A stretch of DNA of 63,972 nucleotides, filler included, from Ionaspis alba (Eukaryota): the NCBI GenBank assembly GCA_964255285.1. It is 5 parts of 5 records of this genome, joined end to end, with 100 filler letters (N's around TTAATTAATTAA, not from the genome) between each part and the next. Parts side by side here need not be neighbours in the genome. Positions count along the whole stretch, not along the records: positions 12,996 to 25,880 come from CAXUUL010000488.1; positions 25,981 to 38,848 come from CAXUUL010000489.1; 3 more parts are not named here. One strand, written 5' to 3'. The position numbers and the translations under genes are program-made. The first letter of the stretch is position 1. Every line of letters begins with the position of its first letter. The notes below the pieces were generated by a model. The model searched no databases. It saw nothing but the letters and a program-made list of their open reading frames with translations, and was not told the DNA's origin. Below, one piece after another: positions 12,996 through 26,305 of this stretch.

Positions 12996-15900
12996 GGAAG
13001 TTCAATTTCATGACCGAGTGGCCCAGTATTGCTCAGGTACGTTCCCATGCACGAAAGTATGATTTACTCCACTGACTCCTATGGTAGATCAACGTCTGGG
13101 GGATGAACCCTGACGGTCAACCCGATCAGACGGGTGTACTCGGTGATGTGGACGGCGACTCCATCCTCGACCGACTGCCTCCCTCATCCTTGTCTTCTGT
13201 CATCGTGAATATAACCGAGCGGCCTCCCTCACCATACCTCGCGTGGCAGTTCGTGCTGGATGACAGCACCAACCGTTTTTCGCTGTTTCCCGTGGGATCC
13301 ATGTGGCAGCAGATGACTATCTACGTACTGCTCTGGATAATTCCTGTCCTTACTGGTGCGCTTGGAATCTGGGTCTTCATGAAGTCCTTCTACCAAGTGA
13401 AGTTCAACCAAATCGGTATTGTTGATAAGAAAAACTTCATCCCGCTAGCACTTCGTAAAATGTTCAAGAAGAGAGATCCGGAAGAAGAGGGAGAAAGTGC
13501 AAATCCTTTGATGAAGCTTTCCAACAGATCTGGCATGATGCAATCCAAGACCGCTCTTGCTGCTGGAATGGGCGGCAGTCGTCGCATGGTTCTCATTGCA
13601 ACGATGGAGTACGACATCGAAGACTGGGCCATCAAGATCAAGATCGGAGGTCTGGGCGTGATGGCACAGCTCATGGGAAAGAATCTCGGCCATCAAGATT
13701 TGATCTGGATCGTTCCTTGTGTCGGTGGTATAGATTATCCCGAGGATCAGCGTGTCGAACCCATGAAGGTTACGATTCTGGGTAATCCTTACGAGGTCCA
13801 AGTCCAATATCATACACTGCGGAACATCACCTACGTACTATTGGACGCTCCTGTGTTTAGACAGCAGACAAAGAGTGAGCCTTATCCTCCCAGGATGGAT
13901 GATCTCGACTCTGCCATCTACTACTCTGCCTGGAATCAGTGTATCGCACTTGCCATTAAGCGCTTCAAGCCTGATCTCTATCATATCAACGATTATCATG
14001 GAGCTGTGGCACCTATCCATCTTCTTCCGGACACCATTCCTTGTTGTTTGTCCCTTCACAACGCTGAATTCCAGGGTCTTTGGCCGATGAGAACACCCAA
14101 AGAACGCGACGAAGTCTGCCAAGTGTACAATTTGCCTACCGAAACAGCTGCCAAATACGTTCAATTTGGCGAAGTTTTCAACCTTCTTCACGCAGGAGCT
14201 TCTTATCTTCGCGTACATCAGCAGGGCTTTGGTGCTGTAGGTGTTTCCAAAAAGTATGGCAAGCGATCTTACGCACGATATCCGATCTTCTGGGGACTGA
14301 AGAAGGTCGGAAAATTACCCAATCCTGATCCATCAGATACAGGAGAGTGGAACAAGGAACTGCCCAAGGAAGAAGATATCGCAGTCGACCCTACCTTCGA
14401 GGCCGGTCGCGCAGAACTCAAGAGACAGGCGCAAGAATGGGCAGGTCTCACTCAGGACCCCAAAGCCGACTTGCTGGTCTTTGTCGGTCGATGGAGTAAC
14501 CAGAAAGGCATCGATCTGATCGCCGACGTCTTCCCATCCGTTCTTGAAGAGCATCCACAAGTTCAGCTCATCTGCGTCGGCCCTGTAATCGATCTCTACG
14601 GCAAATTCGCAGCTCTTAAATTGGACAAGATGATGAAGATATACCCTGGACGAGTATTTTCCAAGCCCGAATTCACTGCACTACCTCCCTACATCTTTAG
14701 TGGTGCGGAGTTTGCACTCATTCCGTCCCGGGATGAACCGTTTGGCCTGGTCGCTGTCGAATTCGGTAGGAAAGGCGCTCTTGGTATCGGTGCCAGAGTG
14801 GGTGGTCTGGGTCAAATGCCGGGCTGGTGGTATACCGTCGAGAGCACGACGACGACTCATTTGTTACATCAATTCAAGATGGCGATTGAAGGTGCATTGT
14901 CGTCTAAGCAAGAGACCCGAGCAATGATGCGTGCGAGATCTGCAAAGCAACGATTCCCCGTCGCGCAATGGGTCGAAGATCTCGAGATTCTGCAGTCTAC
15001 TGCGATCAAGATACATGACAAAGAAGCTCTCAAACATCGCGGTGGAAACTATTCTACCCGTCACACTCCTACAGCATCGGGATACAATACTCCAAGTGGA
15101 GCAATGACTCCAACGATTCACTCACGAGTGGGTAGTTCATCGAATCTGGTCGGTTTGACCACACCCCCAGTACCTGCTCTACCCTTTCAATCAAGGAGCG
15201 TCAGTCACGGGATTCCTGCAGCTTCGTCCCCCCATTTTCCTAGTCCTGCGACTCCACGAAGTGCCAGCTATGGAAATATAAAACGTTTGAGCGACGGGAC
15301 GAATCGCTCACGGCCAACAAGCTGGTACAATAAGAGCAGACCAGGCAGCCCATCTAGAGAAAGGGAAGAGCCTCCTTTACCAAGTAAGGGAGGAAAGATG
15401 ACGAGAACTCTGTCTCTTGGTGTAAAGTCTGGGCCAGGCCATCTTCCACGGGCAGGAGAACAGCGAGGCCGGCACCGGTTAAGGAAACGTGAGAGTAGCC
15501 CTCGTTCTGGCTCGAACACACGCTCCACGACTCGAGAAGAAGACTTGGGTATGGGTGTCGCCGTCACAGACATCGAAGAAGAGAGTGACAACGACATTCT
15601 GGACATGTACGGGGACGAAGAATACACTATGACCCCAGAACAGGCCGAGGCAATGCACCGCAGAGATCGCTACATGGAAGCCGTACCTCTTCCTCCACTT
15701 CCGCAACTCAACGAGAATTTCCTTTCTCCTCGCCACGTCACGTTTGGCAACGAGCGACCTCTAGCCCGTGACCTGGTGAAGGCGTCGTCCCCAGGATCAG
15801 ATTCATCGTCATTGCCGGCAACACCTCGAATACATGGCGGCCCTGCCCAGCATAGAGAATTCTACGGTGGACAGGACGATACCTTGCTTCCTCCCATGGC

Positions 15901-17811
15901 TGCCTTTGCCCAGCACCAGAATCGCCTGAGCAACAGTTCTATGCTCAGCTTGGACTCAGTGGTTGGCGACAAGAAGGATTTCAAACTGCAAAAAGTGGAT
16001 CCATTTTTTACCGACAGCACAGGTGAATACTTCAAGGCATTCGAGCAAAAGTTGGCGACACTCGATGGGAAAAATTCAGAAGGTGCAATGTGTATCGAAG
16101 ACTATCTGGTCAAATCGGAGAAGAAGTGGTTCGACCGTTTCCGGGATGCACGATTGGGTCGCACACCCGGACAGAGCAGGAATCATAGCAGAGTGCCCAG
16201 TCCTGAAGGGTCGATCTTCAACGAGCCACTTGACGCGGTCAGCAGCGACGGTGATCTCAAGGAAGGCGGGGATCAGTTCCTTCTGGGGGAAGACTACAAA
16301 CCTCCGACTGGCATCAAGAAGTGGATGCAGATGCGCATCGGCGACTGGCCGCTATATTCCTTCTTCCTAGCCTTTGGCCAGATCATTGCCGCCAATAGCT
16401 ACCAGATCACGCTCTTGACGGGGACAGTTGGCCAGACCGCTGAAAAACTCTACGTCATTGCCTCGATTTACCTCGTCACGTCGATTGGGTGGTGGGTTTG
16501 TTTCCGGAACCTCAAGAGCATATACTGCCTCTCCTTGCCTTTCATATTCTATGGTTTGGCTGTAAGTCGTTGGAAGACAATCTCCTGACACGGGGGCTGC
16601 GCTAATGGTAATAGTTCTTCTTCATCGGTTTCGCACACTTCCTACCCACTATCAGCGCAAGAGGATGGATGCAAAACATCGGAACGGCTATGTATGCAGT
16701 TGCCTCCTCGAGCGGCTCCATCTTTTTCGCCCTCAATTTTGGCGACGAAGGTAAGGAATATCATCCACATGGTCTAAATCCTTTCGAATTTGCTAACATA
16801 CATTTTCAGGAGGGGCTCCCGTCAAAGCTTGGGTTTATAGAGCTTGTGTCATTCAAGGCACGTATCCCGTCCTCCGCCGCATGCAAATAGTCGGCATGTC
16901 TAACCTAACCTCCAGGAACCCAACAAGCTTACGTCGTTGGACTGTGGTACTGGGGATCCGTCCTCACCAAGGAGACAGCTCAAGGCCTCATGGCAAACAC
17001 GCAGACCGGATCGTCTACGATCACGAATTCCTGGATAATGACAGCAATCACCGTACCCATCGCCGTCTTCCTTTGGATCTGCGGGCTAATCATCTACTTC
17101 GGCCTCCCCGACTACTACCGCCAAGCACCCGGAGCCGTCCCCTCGTTCTACTCCTCCCTCGCCCGCCGCAAAATCATCCTCTGGTTCTTCGTCACGGTCC
17201 TCATCCAAAACTACTGGCTCTCAGCACCATACGGTCGAAACTGGGGCTACCTCTGGTCCAGCAACCACGCGGAAGCATGGCAGATCGTGCTGCTGTGCAT
17301 TCTCTTCTTCATCGTAGTCTGGGCCGGCTTCCTGTGGATCTTCGGCGTCCTATCCAAAGACCATTCCTGGATCCTCCCCGTCTTCGCCATCGGCCTCGGC
17401 GCTCCCCGCTGGTGTCAGATGCTCTGGGGTACTTCCAACATCGGCCAGTACGTCCCCTGGGCTGGTGGACCCGTGGCCTCGGCTCTTGTCGGCCGCAGTC
17501 TTTGGCTCTGGCTCGGCGTCTTGGATTCTTTGCAGGGTGTTGGCTTTGGCATGATTCTTCTGCAGACGCTGACGAGAATCCATATCGCTTTCACCCTCAT
17601 CGCGGCACAGGTGCTGGGTTCCATTGCTACGATATTGGCGCGCGCGACGGCGCCTAATAAGATTGGACCTGGAGATGTGTTTCCGGATTTCAGCGCTGGT
17701 GTTGGCGACGGCTTGACGAGAGCGTGGTTTTGGGTTGCGTTGTTTTTGCAGTTGGTTATCTGTGTGGGGTTCTTTACGTTTTTTAGGAAAGAGCAGTTGA
17801 GTAAGCCGTGA
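12996..17811 (+). CDS. AGS1: Alpha-1,3-glucan synthase (Ags/Mok family), 5'-truncated: TM helix, GT5 synthase domain and C-terminal multipass domain
   Basis: INVWGMNPDG, MEYDIEDWAIKIKIGGLGVMA, SLHNAEFQGLWPMRT, IPSRDEPFGLVAVEFGRKG, FFRKEQLSKP*; several introns including GC-AG 16858-16915. Confidence 0.95.
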
Positions 17812-18314
17812 GTGTTAAAGAGTGGTAGCTGGCGGAGTTGGGTAATGAGGTAATGTTTTTATGTACGTGGGCTGTGTTTTGGGTGTACATACGGGCGTGG
17901 GATTTAGATTCGATGGGGCTGCTGGGTGTCAAAAGGCTTTTATCTTTGGAAGAGCGCGCATTGTGGACGAGATTTGGTTTGCCAATCTAATGCATTTTTG
18001 AGTACGGAAGGGATTTTTGGTATCAGTTCTTGTAGCATAGATAATGTCTATTTCAACCTGATCACGAGTAACTTGTCGACTGCTGAGAATCAGATTGAGC
18101 CTCCCGAAATATACCTGGCGGAGTGCTCTAGACTGGTGATAGTGATTGGACGTCGCTGCCATCAGTGATAAAACAACACGGACCAAGATTCAGGTGAGCT
18201 GTCTCTTTAAAAAGCCCTCGGATAGTAGATTTCATACCGTCCTCTCAGCCATTTCAGCCCGAATGGCTTCTGCTTTTTGAGTCATGATCGTTCAATCCTA
18301 TACATATTCCATCT

Positions 18315-21026
18315 TCAGACACTCGCCTCGATGTGATTCGAATACTCTTCTCCATCCACCGCCTCTTCACCCTCTTCATCCTCCTCAACCCCATCTACCT
18401 CGTCCTTTTCACCTCCAAGATCCACCAAACCATCAGCAATGGGGCCTTCCGCCTCCATCCTCAGATACTCGTCCCACTCTGGGAACAGATCCGCATCACC
18501 CTCTCCGTTTTCCGGCGGCACGCCGAGCGTCTTCGCCACCTTTCCCTTCCCGTCTTTTTCCAGCGCTTCCTTCCACGCTCTGACGACCTTTCCTGCTCGA
18601 CTGGGCTTATATGTCTGCGCGAAAAGTACCGCCTCCGCGGTACGATTGGTCTGCAGAAGTAGATCGATGCAACCATCAACGTCAGCCAGCTGCCAGAGGC
18701 AAGAGAAGGCGATATTGTGCAAGCCAGCAACATCGGCCTGGTGCACAACTCGTCGAAGTCCGGAGGCGTTGCAGGTGGACGTGTAGAGCAGCAGTAAGCT
18801 TCCGAGGTCTTTGGCATTTGAAAAGCACTCTTCCGCAAGAGCAACGTCCCATACCGACAGAGCTGCGTCACCGACAGTCTTCCAGCGATGCTCAACGTCA
18901 GCTTCCCTGGCGATTTCAAGCGCAATTGGCAAATTGTTGAGGCTTAAAGCTAAGTCGAAGCGATGCTCCTGGTCTGTCGCGACTTCAAGAGCCATCTCCT
19001 TGTAGCCCTGGCCCTCGAGAAATCGTGCGATCTTGTTCTTTTGATCATCTGGAATGTCAAGTAGGAGCTCCGCTGCCGTATCCATGTCACCACGCAAGAC
19101 AAGGGTTTGGTACTCGACCACGGATAAAGAGAGGGCGAAGGAGACGACAGCGACGTCCTTGTCCGCGATGTAGATTCTGCCATCGCGGGGAAGGTAGCCA
19201 AGGAGGTACATGGATTGATCGAAGTGAGAAACGGTGTATGTCTGATCACCGACGAGATAGTTGAGGCGATTCGTGGAGTTGGTATAGATGAAGCAGTCTC
19301 CGACCCATTGCCCTGTCCGCACGCTTTCGTTGATGTCGGTGACAACTTCGAAGGCAGCTTCGACGCCGTCTTCATCCCCGAGGCCGGCGCTGAGGGCCTG
19401 AACATAGTTCTCCCGCGAAAAGCGAAGGACATAGAATGTCTCTTCACAGGCTAACGTGACTAGCTCACCACTCTCCGACCAATAGACCTAGAACAATCGT
19501 CAGCAGGTGCTGGTCATCAAGCAAAGTAGTACTTGCATTCTTTGGGTCAACCTCTATTCTCCGCACAAGCGCACCACTTTCCCAGTCGAAGAAACCAATT
19601 CCTCCCTGACCTTTGACTCCTAATAGAACGCCACCGCTGAGACCTTCAGCTTGGAAGCCAACGTCGACACCCCTATCCTTCTCCTTAAAATTTCGGTATA
19701 TTTTGACGGTCATAGAAGATTCTCGAATTGCATAATCGTTACTGTTGTCTTTCGAACCCCACGCAAAGTCCAATGCAGATCCAAATGCTTTGTTTCTCCA
19801 CGCGAGGGCGGTGTAGATGATGTATTCACCGTCTCCGCAGACCGAGACGAATCGGCCATTGGGCGAGTGGGTGAGTGTCTGAGGATATATTTCGCAGTTA
19901 CCAAGATCTTTGGATGGTAGAGTGAGTGGTGCACCATCCTTGACCGTTGCATCGCCACCCTTTATCACTGTGGAGAGGATCTCACTATGCCGTGCCCAGA
20001 TGAGCTTCCCAGAGCTGTCCATCGACACTGCTGGTTCTTCCCGTCCCATTTTTACAACTACAGCGCCATCGTCGAACCCAATTGCTACACCTTGCCTTCC
20101 ACGCTGGTAGCTGACACACCAGGCCCGCTCCAGCCCATACGTCAGGTTCTGTTCTAAACGGTAGGTGTTTGCGTGCCATATCTTGACGGTGCCATCTTCA
20201 GAACCGGAGATAATTACGGGTAGCTCAGGGTGGTAGCAGGCGAAGGAGACATTGCTAGTGTGGCCTTCGAGAGTTGCAATCAGAGACTTCGTAGTGTAGT
20301 CCCAGATTTTGACCGTACGGTCGTCAGAGGTAGTTAGAAGGTAAGGCTTATCGGCTTGGGGATAGTAGTCCACGTGATTGACGCCCTTTGTCTCGTGAGC
20401 CTCGAGTGTGTAATTGGCGTGTCCAGACCCTAGATTCCATATCTTGACAGTTCTATCCAGGCAGGCTGACGCGAAGGTGTTGGTATCTTTCGGATTGATA
20501 GCCAAACCCATGACATAGTGGCTGTGACCTTCGAATACCTGGACACACTTCCATTCCTTCTCCCAATTCCACAACTTGATTGTCATGTCATCCGAGGCAG
20601 TGAGCACAAAAGGTTGGGTAGGGTGGACCACAATTGCGCGTATATAATCAGGGTGAGCTTCGAAGGATGTGATCTTTTCGGACGTATTGTAGTTATAAAC
20701 TCGTAATTGGAAATCGTCAGAGCCACAGACTATCCAGTTCTTGCGAGCTATGAATCGTCCAGCTCGTACAGGAACATCCGCAAGCTCGAACGTCTTAACA
20801 ATTGCCTGTGTCTCGAATGACCAAATATAGACATGTCCACTGTACAAGGTGGTCAAGATCCAGGGCTCAGTGGGGTGGAAATCGATGCCCTTGACCCTCT
20901 CGGATCTTGCGAGCAATTGCCTCTGCAGGAGATCATGTCCTTTAGCGCCGTCCATGTTTTCAGGTAGACAAGATCACAAGTCAAAGGTGTAACCAGATAT
21001 TAGCTTACCTTCACGTCCAAACGCAT
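18315..21026 (-). CDS. SEC27: Coatomer subunit beta' (WD40 repeats), 3 exons
   Basis: MRLDVK/RQLLARSERVKGIDFHPTEPW, AHPDYIR, WD repeats, C-terminal LFAQTYKPS; GC-AG intron 19488-19536. Confidence 0.95.
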
Positions 21027-21563
21027 GGCTGTCTAGCTGTTGCGGCACTCATGCAAGGAACCGCAATGTTGCAGAGGCCGTGGTCACCCTAAAAATGGTT
21101 GACGACCAATTCTCTGACAGGCGAATGGGTCAAATCTGAGTGTCACCGAATTCAACACTTGAACGATGAGAACTAGAAGAGGAATTGGCCGAATAATAAT
21201 TTACTGTTTTGAGGTGTGACCAGATATTGGGATTGGCTGGATGTGCGCCTTACGATGCTTGGCACGACATCGTCTCAGCCATATAGCCAATGTTGCACAG
21301 CATTTCCACTGGTGACAGGCCTTTGGGTGATTCTACATTCTTTGCGTCATAATTATGGAGATGTTCTCAAAATGAGCTAAGCTGAACTGCTCTGGCTGAC
21401 TCTGAGTGCATGGTATAGAACCCTCTTCATGTTCCCTTCTCGAGGTTTTTTTGGCTGCAATTTTGAGTTTACTGTAGTACATGCGGAACCTCGCGCACTC
21501 CAAACGCTTTACCGGTCGTTGCCGCCTAACTGGTATATAGCAGGCTTCTGTAAAATAAGTCAA

Positions 21564-23491
21564 TCAAACTAATCCCTCCCCAACATTTCTGGCAGTTTTC
21601 CCCGGTTTCTTCGATTTTTTTAAATATAAATCTGTACCGAGACATGGCGCAAAGAACATTTTTCCTGTAACAGACCGTTGCACTGTGCCGAATGCAATGA
21701 CTATCCAGGATATAACACAGGCTACGNNNNNNNNNNNNNNNNNNNNNNNNNNNNNNNNNNNNNNNNNNNNNNNNNNNNNNNNNNNNNNNNNNNNNNNNNN
21801 NNNNNNNNNNNNNNNNNNNNNNNNNNAGACCGTTGCACTGTGCCGAATGCAATGACTATCCAGGATATAACACAGGCTACGGTCAAGACCTATAGATAGG
21901 GACTTTATATCAGCTACTGCGGAATTCGACAGGATTAGAAATTTATTAAACAAGGATTACTTACGCATGCGAGAATCTTGAAGAATTTAGACTCCAATTC
22001 TTCTCCAATCGAAATAGTCAGGAGCGTGAATACACCTATAGAGGTATATTAAGACTGTGATCTTGTATAGGAGATTGACCACAGGGCACACTAACCGACC
22101 GGAAAAATAAAACCCCACCATCCCATATTAAATGGAAAACCCCCAGCCAGTGCTATCATCAAAATAGCGATGACGAACCAGACAACGGCGAATCCCCACA
22201 GGATAAGGGCGACGCAAAATCCAAGGATATACACCATGTCGCCAGCACGGGCAACATGAGGTAGAGAATCAGTCACAGGGAATAGACTTTTGGCAAGTTT
22301 TCCGAGTAAGAGTATACTAAGCCTTGTCAGCTTGGATGATTGTTTTTTTACTGGCCTTTTGCGCAGACTCACGAGAACCCCGAAAGCCCTAATGGGCCAA
22401 TTGGAAGCAGCGCTGAGACTATGACTTCACGAGGTAACGGTTTGTGCACTGTCAGACGAAGAAAATAAATGGTTAAGATAATCCATGAGAGTGGCGTTCC
22501 GATACTCCAGAAGATATAGGCGATAATAAGCGTCCAGAGTTGGTGCTCCGAATTTGATAAGGCTCCGGCGACGAGCCCTCCCGTGGTTGCAGCAATCACA
22601 ACAGATACAATAGGGATGAGGTACAGAGCCGTCATTTCCTCAAGCTCACTCCTCTGGTTTGACATTCTGAGGGTTCAGTAAGTCACGCACGTGCATGAAC
22701 ACGCGAAGCATGAATAACAATCTGCCCTAACGACAATAGAAATTGGGATACTAACATCACATATGTCATATGGAAACAGACTGTTAGAGCGATGACACTA
22801 TCAATCCACCATAGGACCCAAGCGAGTGTGGCCATGCCTTGTCCCCACACCGGCACGCACACAAGCACAATCATATTAATGATTGTCGCGAGTCCGACAG
22901 GGAAAGCCCCTAAGAACAAGCTTTGGTGCGGATGGCGAAGAACTGCGGGGAAGATCTGGTGGTATAGACTATAGCGCAAGCAGGAGATGACGGAGAAGAG
23001 GACAAAGATGCAGAGGTTGAAGACGAAGAAGACGACGGATATGATCTGCAGCCAGTGGCCGTTATAAGGGAGTTGATGGAGCAGGATAGATACAGCGCCT
23101 GTGCTCATTGTGATGATGAACCATCTATTGTAGACAAATTACTCAGTCGATGAGCGGCAATGACTTGTGCTCTCAAGACTTATCTCAATAGCAGGTAGAC
23201 ATACGAAGGTGTGAAGTTTCTTATGATCCTCCGAAATCCATGATCGTCGGGGTCATAATCCAACATAGAACCTGCCTGCTTTTTGTCAATCTCGAGTTTT
23301 TTGTTCTCAAGCGTGTTATTCGAAGCCTGGCCTCCAGAGCTTGCGCTTGGCTGCGCCGACGGTGGTGACCGCGGTCGCTGTCGTGCCTCGCTGTTTATAA
23401 AGATGGGATCTTCCGCGTGGTAGTGTTCTGGACAGCTTCCATTGTTGGATAGGCCGCCCGCCGTTTGCACATTATCGAGTTGTTCAGTCAT
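21564..23491 (-). CDS. SSU1: TDT/SLAC1-family anion transporter, Ssu1-like sulfite efflux pump or malate transporter (multi-exon, interrupted by a false gap)
   Basis: IIRNFTPSWFIITMSTGAVSILLHQLPY, LRHPHQSLFLGAFPVG, LPIGPLG, FPFNMGWWGFIFPVG, FFAPCL. Confidence 0.8.
21727..21826. other. 100-N gap whose flanks overlap by an identical 55 bp
   Basis: 21672-21726 is identical to 21827-21881. Confidence 0.9.
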
Positions 23492-24076
23492 GTTGCCGCA
23501 AGCGACTGTAGGTTGCACGCCTAGTGAGCTCTCAATTATATTGAGGATCACGCAGCAGGTGGCCTTTTCAATCTGTGGAACGTTTTCAAATGGTTGGCGC
23601 CGACCAAATCTCGTGGACGAGTTCCAATGATTCTATACATCTTTCCCGCACTCGTAAGGGCCTGGGACCCCTCTTATTGTTTATCATCAACTCCTACGTT
23701 GTCGAATTTGGGATACATGATAGGCTCCGTTTTCCAAGATGAATAAGCGCCTTGCACGCGACTTATACCCGATTGAGTCACAATGTAAGCGTGCAGTAGT
23801 GATAGTCTGGCAAACGGGTGTTACCGCCAATAGCACCTCACAGTACACAGCTGACTGTGACTCTAGAATGCATGAACCAGGCTATCTGCACCATGGGCAC
23901 TGCGTACCCCACTCAATATCGGTGTGAAGGTAGCTCATCGCCAGATACTACGCCTCCTCGCCCACTTGCATTGGCCGGCGAGAGCGCCGGGAGAAGGGTG
24001 TGACGGGCCTGCATATAAACTTGTCTCTCCTCTACCTCGTCGACGCTTGACCTTGGATGCAGAGGTGAATGCTGTG

Positions 24077-24613
24077 TTATCTTAGCTCAATCATCTCGAC
24101 GTGGATTCGCGGTCGTACCAGAGCGACACCAACCGACTTTGGAGACCTAGGTGCCTCGTCCCCTTGACGCCGAGATGTCCCGTCGTATCTCCTCTGGCCC
24201 TCCCCTGAACATGTCATGCCACTGCTTGCTTGCAACACAGTTCCTTCATCGCGGTTCGGCTCCAACGGATCTGTCCCCTTGAAGGAATCCTCTGTTTTGT
24301 CTTGAGTGTCACGACGACAAACGGCATCTCTACTTCTTGAGAGGGTGCGGAACAGGAAGAGAAGAAATACTACCGCCAACATCAGAAAGAGGTAGTCTTT
24401 TAAATCATGCCGAACATGATCCGTAAAGGGATCCGATAAGATTCCATTTCCAGGGTGTCTCCTTGTGAGCGCGGAGGGGTCTTCCTTCTCATCGGACACT
24501 GGGCCCCAATCAACGCACCCGAGGGTGAGGCAAAATCTTTGAGGTGGTGTATCTCCTCTTGGTTGCAGCTCAAGCTCACCAGAGACTTGATACGTGATAG
24601 AACCTTCTCTCAT
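24077..24613 (-). CDS. Hypothetical 178-aa protein with one possible TM helix
   Basis: Uninterrupted ATG-started ORF with LFLMLAVVFLLFLF; no recognisable motif. Confidence 0.2.
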   Translation of the reverse strand: MREGSITYQVSGELELQPRGDTPPQRFCLTLGCVDWGPVSDEKEDPSALTRRHPGNGILSDPFTDHVRHDLKDYLFLMLAVVFLLFLFRTLSRSRDAVCRRDTQDKTEDSFKGTDPLEPNRDEGTVLQASSGMTCSGEGQRRYDGTSRRQGDEAPRSPKSVGVALVRPRIHVEMIELR

Positions 24614-25880
24614 ATCTGATTTTCAGGAGCTTAGTATCTATTCCTCTACCGGCATCATATTCAAAAAGAGACGGGATTTACCATGGACTTTCCTGTCTCC
24701 CTTGGCAATTTCATGCTTCGCATCCGTGATTAATATACTTGTAGGTGCCATTTTTATGTAGTATTGGTCTGGTGTGCTATGAATGATTACTCTTCGTGAA
24801 AGGAGTATGGAAATTGCGATGTCAGGATTGATGGTTGATATATAGTCGAGCATAAGGGTGAAAGTGACATTATTGTTTCATTTATATACACAAACTGACT
24901 CGCACAGTACTGCTCAAATCCCTTAGCTCATCTTCCCTAGCTCATCATACTCCCGAATCTAGCACTCGAAACCATGGATTGGCGATCCGAGTGTGGAGAT
25001 AGACTTTCTATGCCAAGCATGCGGATTGCAAAAAGTCGGCAATCCAGAGGCGCAATTTGGATGGGAGCCCACTGTAGGACCCCTGGGACACACATATATC
25101 GCGCGGCCTCGAGGTGCACAAAATTATTACCTTTTCCGGAATTTCTGGCACAGGTTCTTTTGGGTTGCCAGCTTTTTGGCAAGCCGCGTGCCAAGGTACC
25201 ACCTCCAGAGCTTGGGCTTGGTCGTGCACCTGAACTGAGTTCAGCAGACTTCAGTTCGTCCTGGCAAAGACAAAGCTTGGACACTATCCAAAAGTTTGCG
25301 AGACGTTCAATCGCTTCACTCGAGGCCATTGAGACAAGCCACCACGACCCCTATTTTCAATGGGCTGCCTTGGCAGTCGCTGGCCAGAATTGTAGATGAC
25401 ACTGGTATGTCTGCTCTTCTCTAAAAGGTTCTGGATCAAGCGAATGATCCTGATGAGCAACGATGGTGTTCTAGCGCAACATGGGAGATTGGGCAAGCCT
25501 TATGAAATCTCCAAAGAATTCCGGCATCCAGTCATGGCCATGGCGTTACGGCCGTGGCTCCTCCCCTAGCTCCACCGAACACCTAACCTTTCTTCCTCCA
25601 CCTCGTTTCCAAAACGTACGCCCCGGGACAATATATTCACCCCAGGATTTGAGAGATTCGCCGTCACAATATCCGCCAGAAGATAATCGCAAAAGCTAGC
25701 ATGATTGTCGTGCAGTCTGTATTCTGGAAAGGACCCAGGATGTACTTGGTGCAAATAAGATGGCAATGGCGTACAGAGTCCGGGCAGTTCTGGAAACTGA
25801 TCTGTCTCAGATAGTGGCCACGTTTGAGCCGTATCAACAGACTCGAGAAACTGGTATCCTCATCAAATCGGTACGACCTC

Positions 25881-25980
25881 NNNNNNNNNNNNNNNNNNNN
25901 NNNNNNNNNNNNNNNNNNNNNNNNTTAATTAATTAANNNNNNNNNNNNNNNNNNNNNNNNNNNNNNNNNNNNNNNNNNNN
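25881..25980. other. Artificial scaffold-joining spacer
   Basis: 44 N + TTAATTAATTAA + 44 N. Confidence 0.95.
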
Positions 25981-26146
25981 TTCGACAAAGACTAACAAGG
26001 AGATTGTCAACACCACAAGGTCGAATCATATGATAGAAAAGCCAACATACAAATGGACTGAATGATTTTGACAAGGACTGAGGAGGAGGCTGTCAACACC
26101 AGAAGATCGAGTCACATGATAGAAAAGCCAAGATCCAAAAGGACAG
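25981..26146. repeat. Imperfect tandem repeat, 86-bp period, two copies at the scaffold edge
   Basis: gacaaagact..tgtcaacacca..tgatagaaaagccaa..ggac at 25984 recurs at 26070. Confidence 0.8.
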
Positions 26147-26305
26147 TAACACATCAGCAAAAGAGTTCATTTATTCTTCCAGGCTATCCTCAAGATAAGC
26201 CACATCCGGGTTAAGTCTCGACAAAGCCATCTGTGTATCAAGAAGAAGACTTCATTACCATAATGCCTTTCGTAAATTCCCAATCTTCGCTGTCAGTAGC
26301 CCTGG

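Noticed and set aside
16881..17657. 258-aa Arg/Pro-rich ORF overlapping the AGS last exon
   Set aside because: Shifted-frame by-product of C-rich codon usage in AGS.
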